From contig OY969474.1 in the NCBI GenBank assembly GCA_963700145.1, positions 3,968,001 to 4,032,000 on the forward strand: a DNA stretch of 64,000 nt. The letters are read 5' to 3'. The DNA is from an uncultured Acidobacteriota bacterium (GTDB lineage Bacteria; Acidobacteriota; Thermoanaerobaculia; Multivoradales; UBA5704). A program made the translations under genes and the position numbers. The notes below the pieces were generated by a model. The model did no database searches, had not been told where the DNA came from, and was given only the letters and a program-made list of their open reading frames with translations. Positions 22,822 to 32,089 of the stretch are shown here, one piece after another (positions within the stretch are counted from its first letter, which is position 1; the number at the start of each line of letters is the position of its first letter).

Positions 22822-24224
22822 GAGCGCCCTGGGCCAACGACGCGGAGTGGCGGCGGGTGCTGGTCTACGGGCTTGGCCTCTCGGGGAAGGCGGCGGCGCG
22901 CCTGCTGCTGCGGCAGGGTGTCGCGGTGGTCGGCGTGGACGCCCGCCCGGCCCCGGTCCTCGACCTCGGCGACCTGGCCGGCGACCCGCGGCTCGAGCTG
23001 GCCGGACCGCCCGAGCCGACCGAGCTGCCGCCCGGCATCGACGGCGTGGTGCTCTCCCCCGGCGTGCCGCCCGACCGCCCGCTCCTCGCCGACGCCCGGC
23101 GCCGCGGCGTGCCGGTCATCGCCGAGGTGGAGCTCGCCTTCCCCTTCCTCGACGGGCCGGTGGTGGCGATCACCGGCAGCAACGGCAAGAGCACGACGAC
23201 CGCCCTGGCCGGCGCCATGCTCCGCGCCGCCGGCCGCTGGGTCGAGGTCTGCGGCAACATCGGCGAGCCGCTGGCCGGCCGCGTCGAGGGCCCTCCGGGG
23301 CGGATCTTCGTCGTCGAGCTGTCGAGCTTCCAGATCGAGGGCATCGTCGGCTTCCGGCCGCAGGCGGCGGCGCTCTTGAACCTCTCCGAGGACCACCTCG
23401 ACCGCTACGGCAGCATGGCCGAGTACGCGGCGGCCAAGAAGCGGCTCTTCGCGGGGCTCGGGGCCGACGCCGTCGCCGTGCTCAACGCCGACGACCCGGC
23501 GACGCTGGAGGTCGCGACCGCGGCGCGCAAGCGGCTCTTTTCGCGCCGCGGGCCGGTGGCCGACGGCTGCTTCCTCGACGGCGAGCTGGTCGTCGAGGTC
23601 GATCCCGGCGAGCCGCCGGTCGCGCTCTTCAGCGCCGGCGACGTGCCGCTCGCCGGGGTGCAGAACCTGGAGAACGCGATGGCCGCGGCGCTGCTGGCGC
23701 GCGCCGCCGGCGCCGACCCGGGGGAGCTGCGCGAGGGGCTGCGCGCCTTCGAGGGGCTGCCGCACCGGCTGCAGCGCGTCGGCGAGCGCGCCGGCGTCGT
23801 CTTCTACGACGACTCGAAGGGCACCAACCCGGCGGCCACCGCCAAGTCGCTCGAGGGGTTCGCCGACGGCAGCGTCCACCTGATCCTGGGCGGCCGCAAC
23901 AAGGGCGCGGACCTGGGGGCGCTGGCGCCGCTCGTCGGCCAGAAGGCCAAGCGCCTCTACCTGATCGGCGAGGCCGCCGGCGACTTCGAGCGCGCGCTCG
24001 CCGGCGCCGCGCCGGCCGAGCGGGCGGAGACCCTGGAGCGGGCGGTGCGCGCGGCGGCGGAGCGGGCGCGGCCGGGCGAGGCGGTCGTCCTGTCGCCGGC
24101 CTGCGCCAGCTTCGACCAGTTCCGCAACTTCGTCCACCGCGGCGAGGTCTTCCAGGCGCTGGTGCGCGACGTCACGGCGCCGGCCGGTGAAGGAGGGGGC
24201 CATGGCCAAGAAGCTGGCCTTTGA
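22818..24224 (+). CDS. murD: UDP-MurNAc-L-Ala:D-Glu ligase
   Basis: ITGSNGKSTT, ELSSFQ, DDSKGTN, LSPACASFDQF. Confidence 0.95.
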   Translation: MRAPWANDAEWRRVLVYGLGLSGKAAARLLLRQGVAVVGVDARPAPVLDLGDLAGDPRLELAGPPEPTELPPGIDGVVLSPGVPPDRPLLADARRRGVPVIAEVELAFPFLDGPVVAITGSNGKSTTTALAGAMLRAAGRWVEVCGNIGEPLAGRVEGPPGRIFVVELSSFQIEGIVGFRPQAAALLNLSEDHLDRYGSMAEYAAAKKRLFAGLGADAVAVLNADDPATLEVATAARKRLFSRRGPVADGCFLDGELVVEVDPGEPPVALFSAGDVPLAGVQNLENAMAAALLARAAGADPGELREGLRAFEGLPHRLQRVGERAGVVFYDDSKGTNPAATAKSLEGFADGSVHLILGGRNKGADLGALAPLVGQKAKRLYLIGEAAGDFERALAGAAPAERAETLERAVRAAAERARPGEAVVLSPACASFDQFRNFVHRGEVFQALVRDVTAPAGEGGGHGQEAGL

Positions 24225-25287
24225 CAAGCTCCTCTTCACCACTGTCGTCCTGCTCCTGATCTTCGGGCTGGTGATGGTCTACTCGGCGAGCGCCGCGGTG
24301 GCTCGCGACAAAGGGGTGACCTTCAACCCCTTCCTGGTCAAGCAGGCCGCGGCCGCCGCCCTCGGCCTGGTGGCGATGGCCGCCGCCATGCACTTCGACT
24401 ACCGGCGGCTGCGCCGCGGCTGGATGGTCTACGGCCTGCTCGGCGGCGTCCTCGCCCTCCTCGTCGCCGTCCTCTTCCAGCCCGAGCTCAACGGCACCCG
24501 CCGTTGGTTCCACTTCGGCGGCGTCTCGCTCCAGCCCTCCGAGCTGGCGAAGCTCGCCTTCATTCCCTTCCTGGCTTGGCAGATCGAGCGCAAGTCCGAC
24601 CGCGTGAACCGCCCCGAGCTGCTGCTGCCGGTCGGGGCCTTCACCTGCCTGACCGCGGGGCTGATCCTGCTCGAGCCGGACCTCGGGACGGCCGTGCTCC
24701 TCTGTGCGACCACGTTCCTCCTCCTCTTCCTCGCCGGTCTCTCCTGGCGCTACGTGGTGGGGGCGGTGGCGGTGGCGGTGCCGGTCCTCTACCTGGCGGT
24801 CGTGGCGGTGCCCTACCGCCGCCAGCGGCTCTTCGCTTTCCTCGACCCGGAGGCCGACCCCTACGGCAGCGGCTTCCAGGCGCTGCAGTCGCTGATCGCG
24901 GTGGGCTCGGGGGGCGTGCTCGGCCTCGGGCCGGGGGCGAGCCACCAGAAGCTCTACTTCCTGCCGCACCCGCACTCGGACTTCGTCTACGCCATCGTCG
25001 CCGAAGAGCTGGGGATGATCGGTGCGCTGGTCCTCGTGGCGCTCTTCGGCGTCCTCGCCTGGCGCGGCGCCGCCGCCGGCTGGCGGGCCCCGGACCTCTT
25101 CGGCCGCTACCTCGGCTGGGGCTTCACGGGCATCCTAGTGCTGCAGGCGCTGATCAACATCAGCGTCGCGGTCGCCCTCCTGCCGACCAAGGGGATTCCG
25201 CTCCCCTTCATCTCCTACGGCGGCTCGTCGCTGGTGGTCTCGATGACCCTCTGCGGCGTGCTCCTCAACCTGTCGCAACACGGATGA
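24202..25287 (+). CDS. ftsW: SEDS peptidoglycan polymerase
   Basis: QPSELAK, EPDLGT, LPFISYGGSS. Confidence 0.95.
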   Translation: MAKKLAFDKLLFTTVVLLLIFGLVMVYSASAAVARDKGVTFNPFLVKQAAAAALGLVAMAAAMHFDYRRLRRGWMVYGLLGGVLALLVAVLFQPELNGTRRWFHFGGVSLQPSELAKLAFIPFLAWQIERKSDRVNRPELLLPVGAFTCLTAGLILLEPDLGTAVLLCATTFLLLFLAGLSWRYVVGAVAVAVPVLYLAVVAVPYRRQRLFAFLDPEADPYGSGFQALQSLIAVGSGGVLGLGPGASHQKLYFLPHPHSDFVYAIVAEELGMIGALVLVALFGVLAWRGAAAGWRAPDLFGRYLGWGFTGILVLQALINISVAVALLPTKGIPLPFISYGGSSLVVSMTLCGVLLNLSQHG

Positions 25288-25291
25288 GGCG

Positions 25292-26380
25292 ATGGCGCGC
25301 CCACCTCACGTCCTCCTCGCCGGCGGCGGCACCGGCGGCCATGTCTTCCCCGCCCTGGCGGTGGGGGACGAGCTCGCGCGCCGGGGGTGGACGGTGAGCT
25401 TCACCGGCGCCGCGACGGGGCTGGAGGCGCGGCTGGTGCCGGCGCGCGGCATCCCCTTCCATCCGCTGCCGGCCCTGCCGCTGGTCGGCAAGAGCGCGGC
25501 GGCGCGGGCGCGGGCGCTCGCCACGCTCGGGCGGTCGGCCCTGGCGGCGCGGCGGCTGGTGCGCTCGCTCGGCGTCGACGCCGTGCTCGGCACCGGCGGC
25601 TACGTCTCGGCGCCGGCGGTCGTCGGCGCGCGGCTCGTCGGCCGGCCGGTGCTGCTGCTCGAGCCGAACGCCCGCGCCGGTGTCGCGAACCGCTGGCTCT
25701 CGCGCTGGGCGGCGGGGGCGGCGGTCGCCTACGACTCGGCGCGCGCCGACCTCGCCTGCCCGGTCTGGGTGACCGGCGTGCCGGTGCGGGAGGAGTTCTT
25801 CCTGGTCGGCCCCGAGCTGCCCGCCGGCCCACCGCGCCTGCTGGTGCTCGGCGGCAGCCAGGGGGCGCGGCAGGTGAACGAGCTGCTGCCCGCCGCGGTG
25901 GCGGCGCTCGCCCCACGGCTGCCCGGGCTCACCGTGCTGCATCAGGTCGGCGAGCGCAATCTCGAGGCCGCGCGCGCCGCGTGGGCGGCGAGCGGCGTGC
26001 CGGCGTCGCAGGTCGAAGTGGCGCCGTTCCTCGACGACGTCGCGGGCGCGATGGCCGCCGCTCACCTGATCGTCTCGCGCGCCGGCGCGCTCACCACCGC
26101 CGAGATCTGCGCCGCCGGCCGCGCGTCGCTCCTCCTGCCGCTGGCCATCGCCAAGGGGCACCAGGGGGAGAACGCGGCGGTGCTGGCGGAGGCCGGCGCC
26201 GCCGAGGTGCTGGCCGGCGGCGAGGTCACCGCCGAGCGCTTGCAGGCACTCCTCGCCGCGCTGCTCCCCGACCGCGAGCGGCTGGCGCAGATGGCGCGCG
26301 CCGCCCGCGGCCTGGCGCGCCCGCGCGCCGCCGCAGCGATCGCCGACCGTCTCGAGCAACTGGTGGAGGCCGGGCTTTGA
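25292..26380 (+). CDS. murG: Lipid II GlcNAc transferase
   Basis: GGGTGGHVFP, GGSQGA, SRAGALT. Confidence 0.95.
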   Translation: MARPPHVLLAGGGTGGHVFPALAVGDELARRGWTVSFTGAATGLEARLVPARGIPFHPLPALPLVGKSAAARARALATLGRSALAARRLVRSLGVDAVLGTGGYVSAPAVVGARLVGRPVLLLEPNARAGVANRWLSRWAAGAAVAYDSARADLACPVWVTGVPVREEFFLVGPELPAGPPRLLVLGGSQGARQVNELLPAAVAALAPRLPGLTVLHQVGERNLEAARAAWAASGVPASQVEVAPFLDDVAGAMAAAHLIVSRAGALTTAEICAAGRASLLLPLAIAKGHQGENAAVLAEAGAAEVLAGGEVTAERLQALLAALLPDRERLAQMARAARGLARPRAAAAIADRLEQLVEAGL

Positions 26381-27786
26381 GCTTCATCCCCTACACCGAC
26401 CTGACCCGCATCCACTTCGTGGGGATCGGCGGCGCCGGCATGAGCGGCATCGCCGAGATCCTGCTGCAGCCCGGCTTCGACCTCGAGATCTCCGGCTGCG
26501 ACCTGCAGGCGAGCCCCGTGACCCGCCGCCTCGCCGACGAGCTGGGCGCCCGCATCGAGGTGGGCCATTCGCCCGAGCACCTGGAGGGCGTCGAGCTGCT
26601 GGTCACCTCCTCGGCGGTGGCCGAGGACAACGCCGAGGTGCGCGAGGCGCGGCGCCGCGGCATCACCGTCGTCCGCCGCGCCGAGATGCTCGGCGAGCTG
26701 ATGCGCCTCAAGTACGGCATCGCCGTCGCCGGCACCCACGGCAAGACGACGACCACCTCGCTCATCGGCACCATGCTGACCGACGCCGGCCTCGACCCCA
26801 CGGTCATCGTCGGCGGCCGCCTGCGCCTGCAGGGCACCGGTGCGCGCCTCGGCCGGAGCCAGTACCTGGTGGCCGAGGCCGACGAGTTCGACCGCAGCTT
26901 CCTGCGGCTGACGCCGGTGGTGGCGGTGGTGACGACGATCGACGCCGACCACCTCGACACCTACCGCGACCTCGACGACATCCGCGACGCCTTCGTCCAG
27001 TTCGCCAGCCGCGTCCCGTTCTTCGGCCGTGTGGTCGTCGGCCTCGACGACCCGAACGTGCAGCGCATCCTGCCGCGCCTGGCCGACCGCCGCATCGTCA
27101 CCTACGGCTTCTCGCCGCAGGCCGACCTCTCGGCGGTGGACGTCGAACCCCACGTGGGAGGTACCCGCTTCGGCGTCCGCCACCTCCAGCGCGGCCTCCT
27201 CGGCCGCGTCGAGCTGCCGATCCCCGGCCGCCACAACGTCGCCAACGCCCTCGCCGCGGTGGGCGTCGGCCTCGCCCTGCGCCTCCCCTTCGACGTCGTC
27301 GCCCGCGGCCTCGCCACCTTCGAAGGGGTGGACCGCCGCTTCGAGCAGGTGGGGAGCTGGCGCGGCGCCACGGTCGTGGACGACTACGCCCACCACCCGA
27401 CCGAGGTGGCGGCGACACTGGAGGCGGCGCGCCAGACCTTCCCCAAGGCGCGCCTCCACGTCGTCTTCCAGCCCCACCTCTTCTCGCGCACGCGCGACCA
27501 GGCGGAGGCCTTCGGCCGCGCGCTCCTCGCCGCCGACCGCGCGGTGGTGACCGATGTCTACGCCTCGCGCGAGTCGCCGCTGCCGGGGGTGACCGGCGAG
27601 CTGGTGACGAGCGCCGCGACGACCAGCGGCCACCGCAGCGTCCACTACTGCCGCGACTGGCAGGACGCGCCCGCGCTCCTCGCCGCCGAGGTGGAGCCCG
27701 GCGACGTCGTCCTCACCTTGGGCGCCGGCGACATCTACAAGCTGGCGCGCCAGCTCGCCGCCGAAGAGCTGGAGGCTGGCCTGTGA
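26377..27786 (+). CDS. murC: UDP-MurNAc:L-Ala ligase
   Basis: GIGGAGMSG, AGTHGKTTTT, EADEFD, DDYAHHPTE. Confidence 0.95.
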   Translation: MSFIPYTDLTRIHFVGIGGAGMSGIAEILLQPGFDLEISGCDLQASPVTRRLADELGARIEVGHSPEHLEGVELLVTSSAVAEDNAEVREARRRGITVVRRAEMLGELMRLKYGIAVAGTHGKTTTTSLIGTMLTDAGLDPTVIVGGRLRLQGTGARLGRSQYLVAEADEFDRSFLRLTPVVAVVTTIDADHLDTYRDLDDIRDAFVQFASRVPFFGRVVVGLDDPNVQRILPRLADRRIVTYGFSPQADLSAVDVEPHVGGTRFGVRHLQRGLLGRVELPIPGRHNVANALAAVGVGLALRLPFDVVARGLATFEGVDRRFEQVGSWRGATVVDDYAHHPTEVAATLEAARQTFPKARLHVVFQPHLFSRTRDQAEAFGRALLAADRAVVTDVYASRESPLPGVTGELVTSAATTSGHRSVHYCRDWQDAPALLAAEVEPGDVVLTLGAGDIYKLARQLAAEELEAGL

Positions 27787-28679
27787 GCGGCGCCACTCTC
27801 CTGCGCGGCGCCCTATCGCCGGTCTCCGAGCAGCGCGAGCGCGGCTCGCTCTTCCGCCGCAAGGCGGTGGCGCCGCGGCGCCGGCGCCGCAACCTCCTGC
27901 TGCGCGTCGCCGGGCCGCTGGGACCGCCGCTGGCGCTCCTCGGCCTGCCGCTGGCGGTCGCCGGCTGGGTCCTCTCGGCGCCGCAGTTCGCGCTGCGCGA
28001 GGTGGTGGCGGAGGGCGGCGCGCGCGTGCCGGCCGTGTGGCTGGAAGGAGCGTTGGCGCCGCTCCGCGGCGCCAACCTCGTCCGCCTCGAGCTCGCCTCT
28101 GCCGAAGCGCGCCTGCGCCGCCACCCCTGGGTGGCCGAGGCCGAGCTGACGAAGGAGCTGCCGGGCCGCCTGCGCGTCGCCGTCGTCGAGCGGCAGCCGG
28201 TCGCCCTCCTCGCCCGCGGCGGCGGCCTCTACTTCGCCGACCAGCGCGGCCGCGCCATCGCCCCGGTCGGCCCCGGCGGCCGCGCCGCCGAGGACGCCCG
28301 CGGGCTCCTCGTCGTCGAGGCGCCCGAGCGCGCGCCGGACGGCCTACAGCGCGCCCTCGAGGTCGCCGCCGACCTCGGCCGCGCCAACCCCACCTGGGCC
28401 GGGAACCTGACCCGCGTCGAGGTGCTGGGCGACCGCGACTTCCGGCTCGCCACCGCCGCCCTCCCCTTCGCCCTCTTCGTGCGCGAGGGCGACGTGCAGC
28501 CGAAGGTGCGCCGCCTCGAGACCCTCCTCCCCGACCTCGCCACCCGCTACGCGGCGGTGGCGGCGGTCGACCTCCGCTTCGCGCGGCGGATCGTCGTACA
28601 GCCTTTGCTGTCTTCCAATGCATCGCAACCGGCGGCGCCCGCGCCGCCTCTTCCTCGAGGGGACCAGCCGCATGCCTAA
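27783..28679 (+). CDS. ftsQ: Cell division protein FtsQ/DivIB
   Basis: TM plus POTRA (PWVAEAEL..ELP...V.ER.P), C-terminal VDLRF. Confidence 0.8.
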   Translation: MSGATLLRGALSPVSEQRERGSLFRRKAVAPRRRRRNLLLRVAGPLGPPLALLGLPLAVAGWVLSAPQFALREVVAEGGARVPAVWLEGALAPLRGANLVRLELASAEARLRRHPWVAEAELTKELPGRLRVAVVERQPVALLARGGGLYFADQRGRAIAPVGPGGRAAEDARGLLVVEAPERAPDGLQRALEVAADLGRANPTWAGNLTRVEVLGDRDFRLATAALPFALFVREGDVQPKVRRLETLLPDLATRYAAVAAVDLRFARRIVVQPLLSSNASQPAAPAPPLPRGDQPHA

Positions 28680-29910
28680 ACCGGAACCTGCCTTCGTCGG
28701 CATCGACATCGGATCCTCCAAGGTCGGGGTGCTCATCGGGCACAAGGACGACAAGGGGGGCATCGAAGTCGTGGGCAAGGGGCTCGCCCCCAACCGCGGC
28801 ACGCGCAAGGGGAACATCGTCAACGTCGAGGCCACGGTCGAGGCGCTCAAACAGGCGAGCGAGGAGGCCGAGGTGATGGCCGGCGTCGAGATCTCGCGCG
28901 CCTGGGTGGGTGTCGCCGGGCCGGACATCCGCAGCGTCAACTCGCGCGGCATGGTCTCGGTGGCGCGCAAGGACCGCGAGATCACCCGCCAGGACATCCA
29001 GCGCGTCCTCGAGGCGGCGCAGTCGGCGGCCCTGCCTTCCGACCGCGAGATCCTGCACGCCATCCCGCAGGAGTTCCTGGTCGACGAGCAGGGCGGCATC
29101 GAAGACCCGCTCGGCATGCAGGGGAGCCGGCTGGAGGTGATGGTCCACCTCGTCACCGGCAACATCACGCGCTCGAAGACCATGCTCACCTGCGTCAACC
29201 GCGCCGGCATCGAGGTCGTCGAGATGGTCTTCGAGCCGCTCGCCACCGCCGAGGCGGTGCTGACGCCGGACGAGCGCGAGCTCGGGTCGCTGCTCATCGA
29301 CATCGGCGCCGGCACCACCGAGTACGCGCTCTTCGCCGACGGCGAGATCCGCTACAGCGCGGTCTCGCCGATCGGCGCCGGCCACTTCACCAACGACCTC
29401 TCGATGGTGCTGCGCACGCCCTTCGCCGAGGCCGAGAAGATCAAGATCAAGCAGGGGTGCTGCCTGACCGGCATGGTCACCGGCGACGACGGCGTCTCGG
29501 TGCCCACCGTCGCCGGCGGCTCGGCGCGGGTGGTGCCCAAGAAGGAGCTCTCCGAGATCCTCCAGCCGCGCGCCGAGGAGCTGTTCAAGATGCTGCGCGA
29601 CGACCTCGCCAAGCACCTCTCCGAGGACAGCCTGCGCGGCGGCGTCATCCTGACCGGCGGCGGCGCCCAGCTCGACGGCCTGCTCGAGCTCGCCGAGCAG
29701 GTCTTCGACGCCGGCGTGCGCTACGGCCTGCCGCGCGGCCTGGGGGGGCTCGTCGACGTCATCAGCAGCCCGAGCTGGTCGACCGCCTCGGGCCTCCTCC
29801 TCTACGCCATGGCCGCGGCCGAGGCGCAGGGGAAGGTCCAGAAGCCGGCCAAGTTCAGCGTCAAGGGGATGGTCGGGAGCTTGCGCGGCATGTTCAGCGA
29901 CCTGCTCTAA
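28672..29910 (+). CDS. ftsA: Cell division protein FtsA
   Basis: GIDIGSSK, IDIGAGTT, LTGGGA, C-terminal amphipathic helix. Confidence 0.95.
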   Translation: MPKPEPAFVGIDIGSSKVGVLIGHKDDKGGIEVVGKGLAPNRGTRKGNIVNVEATVEALKQASEEAEVMAGVEISRAWVGVAGPDIRSVNSRGMVSVARKDREITRQDIQRVLEAAQSAALPSDREILHAIPQEFLVDEQGGIEDPLGMQGSRLEVMVHLVTGNITRSKTMLTCVNRAGIEVVEMVFEPLATAEAVLTPDERELGSLLIDIGAGTTEYALFADGEIRYSAVSPIGAGHFTNDLSMVLRTPFAEAEKIKIKQGCCLTGMVTGDDGVSVPTVAGGSARVVPKKELSEILQPRAEELFKMLRDDLAKHLSEDSLRGGVILTGGGAQLDGLLELAEQVFDAGVRYGLPRGLGGLVDVISSPSWSTASGLLLYAMAAAEAQGKVQKPAKFSVKGMVGSLRGMFSDLL

Positions 29911-29940
29911 ACCGGGAGAACGAACCAAAAGGAGTGACGC

Positions 29941-31209
29941 ATGATTCTCTTCGATGACCAGGATGCCCCGGACAAGGGGCGGCCGCTGACCCACGACGCG
30001 CGCGACATGGTGCCGGCCAAGATCAAGGTGGTCGGCGTCGGCGGCGGCGGCGGCAACGCCGTCAACCGCATGATCGACGCCCATCTGCGCGGCATCGAGT
30101 TCATCGCCGCCAACACCGACCTCCAGGCGCTGGCCAAGTGCCGGGCCCAGGTCAAGCTCCAGCTCGGCCAGAGCCTGACCAAGGGGCTGGGCGCCGGCGC
30201 CGACCCGGAGGTGGGCAAGAAGGCCGCGCTGGAGGACACCGAGCGCATCCTCGAGATGCTCGACGGCGCCGACATGGTCTTCTTGACCGCCGGCCTGGGC
30301 GGCGGCACCGGCACCGGCGCGGCGCCGATCATCGCCTCGCTGGCGGCCGAGATCGGCGCCCTCACCGTCGCCGTCGTCACCAAGCCCTTCGGCTTCGAGG
30401 GGCGGCGGCGGATGCAGCTCGCCGAGCGCGGCGTCGAGGACCTGCGCAACGCGGTGGACACCCTGATCACCATCCCCAACGAGCGCCTGCTCAACTTCGT
30501 CGAGCGCGGCACGCCGCTCGCCGAGGCCTTCCGCATCGCCGACGACGTGCTGCGCCAGGCGGTGCAGGGGATCAGCGACCTGATCACCGTCCCCGGCGAG
30601 GTCAACGTCGACTTCGCCGACGTGCGCACCATCATGAGCGGCATGGGCATGGCGCTCATGGGCACCGGCGTGGCGCGCGGCGAGAACCGGGCGCTCGAGG
30701 CGGCGCAGCGGGCGATCTCCTCGCCGCTGCTCGAGGAGACCTCGATCCAGGGCGCCAAGGGCGTGCTGATCAACATCTCCGGCGGCGCCGACCTCACCCT
30801 GCACGAGGTGGCCGAGGCGGCGCGCATCATCGCCGAGGCGGTCGACCCCGACGCCAACATCATCTCCGGCATGGTGATCGACGACGCGATGGAGGAGGCG
30901 ATGAAGGTCACCGTCATCGCCACCGGTTTCGACTACGCCCCCGACGTCCGCGTGCGCCCGGCGATGCCGGTCTACGCCGCCTCGGCCCCGCGGCCGCTGC
31001 CGGCGATGCCGGCGGCCGGCCCGATGCTGGCCGCGGCGGCGCAGCCGCTCGCCTCACCGGAGGAGCCGGAGCGCACCGTCGCCGACATCCCCTTCTACCG
31101 CAAGGTCATCGCCCACGGCCGCGGCGAGGACCCGGGCGGCTTCGGCCCCAACTGGTCGAACGTGGACGACTACGACATCCCGACGGTGCTGCGGAAGCAG
31201 ATGGATTGA
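29941..31209 (+). CDS. ftsZ: Cell division protein FtsZ
   Basis: GGGTGTG tubulin motif; C-terminal DIPTVLRK. Confidence 0.98.
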   Translation: MILFDDQDAPDKGRPLTHDARDMVPAKIKVVGVGGGGGNAVNRMIDAHLRGIEFIAANTDLQALAKCRAQVKLQLGQSLTKGLGAGADPEVGKKAALEDTERILEMLDGADMVFLTAGLGGGTGTGAAPIIASLAAEIGALTVAVVTKPFGFEGRRRMQLAERGVEDLRNAVDTLITIPNERLLNFVERGTPLAEAFRIADDVLRQAVQGISDLITVPGEVNVDFADVRTIMSGMGMALMGTGVARGENRALEAAQRAISSPLLEETSIQGAKGVLINISGGADLTLHEVAEAARIIAEAVDPDANIISGMVIDDAMEEAMKVTVIATGFDYAPDVRVRPAMPVYAASAPRPLPAMPAAGPMLAAAAQPLASPEEPERTVADIPFYRKVIAHGRGEDPGGFGPNWSNVDDYDIPTVLRKQMD

Positions 31210-31279
31210 ACGGGCCGGGATTGGAGTAGCATCGAGAGGTATCGCCGTATCGATCTAACTGGATAGGAGTTGTGAGTTG

Positions 31280-31456
31280 GTGAAGATTCGCCTTTACTCC
31301 GCGACCGTCACGCACCGCGGTCCCGACGGCAAGGTCCGGGAGGAGGAGTTCCCGGTCCGCGCCGCGGACCAACCCGGGGCCTGCGAGCTGGCCCTGGCCT
31401 ACGTCCTGTCGTCGCTGAAGCTCGACGAGTTCGAGCTGCGCGTCGTGGGCCCCTAG
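31280..31456 (+). CDS. 58-aa hypothetical protein downstream of ftsZ (not in ORF track)
   Basis: AGGAG at 31265-31269; MKIRLYSATVTHRGPDGKVREEEFPVRAADQPGACELALAYVLSSLKLDEFELRVVGP*; GC3-rich codons. Confidence 0.65.
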   Translation: MKIRLYSATVTHRGPDGKVREEEFPVRAADQPGACELALAYVLSSLKLDEFELRVVGP

Positions 31457-32046
31457 GGCCGCGCGCGCGGCGGCTCCGCCAGGAGCTGCTCGATCCGGGC
31501 TTCCAGCTCGGCGTAGTCGCCGTCCCCGGCGACGTACTGCCCGCCGGGGTGGATGTGGCGGACGACCCCCTCGCGGTCGAGGAGGAAGGTGACGCTGGTC
31601 CAGCCGGAGGGGACCTCGTCGAGCCACCAGCGCCGCAGCGTCCGCCAGCCGCCGTCGATCGCCACCGGGAACTCGAAGCCGAGGTCGCCGGCCCACGCCT
31701 CGACCTGCTCCGGGTCGAGGCGCGAGCCGCTCTTGTGGTGGTAGAAGCCGAGGACCGCGAGGCCGCGGTCGCGGTAGCGCCGGTGGAAGTCGTTGAGCGC
31801 CGGCGCCGTCGCCCGGCAGAAGGGGCAGTGCGGCGCCGTCCACCAGCGCACCAGGACGACCTGGCCGCGCAGGTCCGCGAGCGTCACCGGCCGCCCGTTC
31901 AGCCAGTGCGACACGCTCCACTCCGGCGGGCGCTTGCCGAGGAGGTCCTCGACGCCCTGTCCGCGCGCCCCCGGCGCCGCGGCAGCGAGCGGCGGCAGCA
32001 GCAGGACGAGCGCGGCGAGCCCGGCGAGACCTCTCGCGCCGCCCAT
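31453..32046 (-). CDS. Secreted TlpA/redoxin-family disulfide reductase
   Basis: Signal peptide; DLRGQVVLVRWW...CPFC; TFLLDREGVVR. Confidence 0.8.
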   Translation of the reverse strand: MGGARGLAGLAALVLLLPPLAAAAPGARGQGVEDLLGKRPPEWSVSHWLNGRPVTLADLRGQVVLVRWWTAPHCPFCRATAPALNDFHRRYRDRGLAVLGFYHHKSGSRLDPEQVEAWAGDLGFEFPVAIDGGWRTLRRWWLDEVPSGWTSVTFLLDREGVVRHIHPGGQYVAGDGDYAELEARIEQLLAEPPRARP

Positions 32047-32089
32047 CCTAGCCCTGGCCGGCGCCGGAGCGCCTGATAGGATTCGCTCG

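Noticed and set aside
26062-30804. Very long antisense ORFs (1580 aa here; also 12106-15309, 48321-50969 and others)
   Set aside because: Shadow frames of real high-GC genes; Arg/Ala/Pro-rich with no motifs
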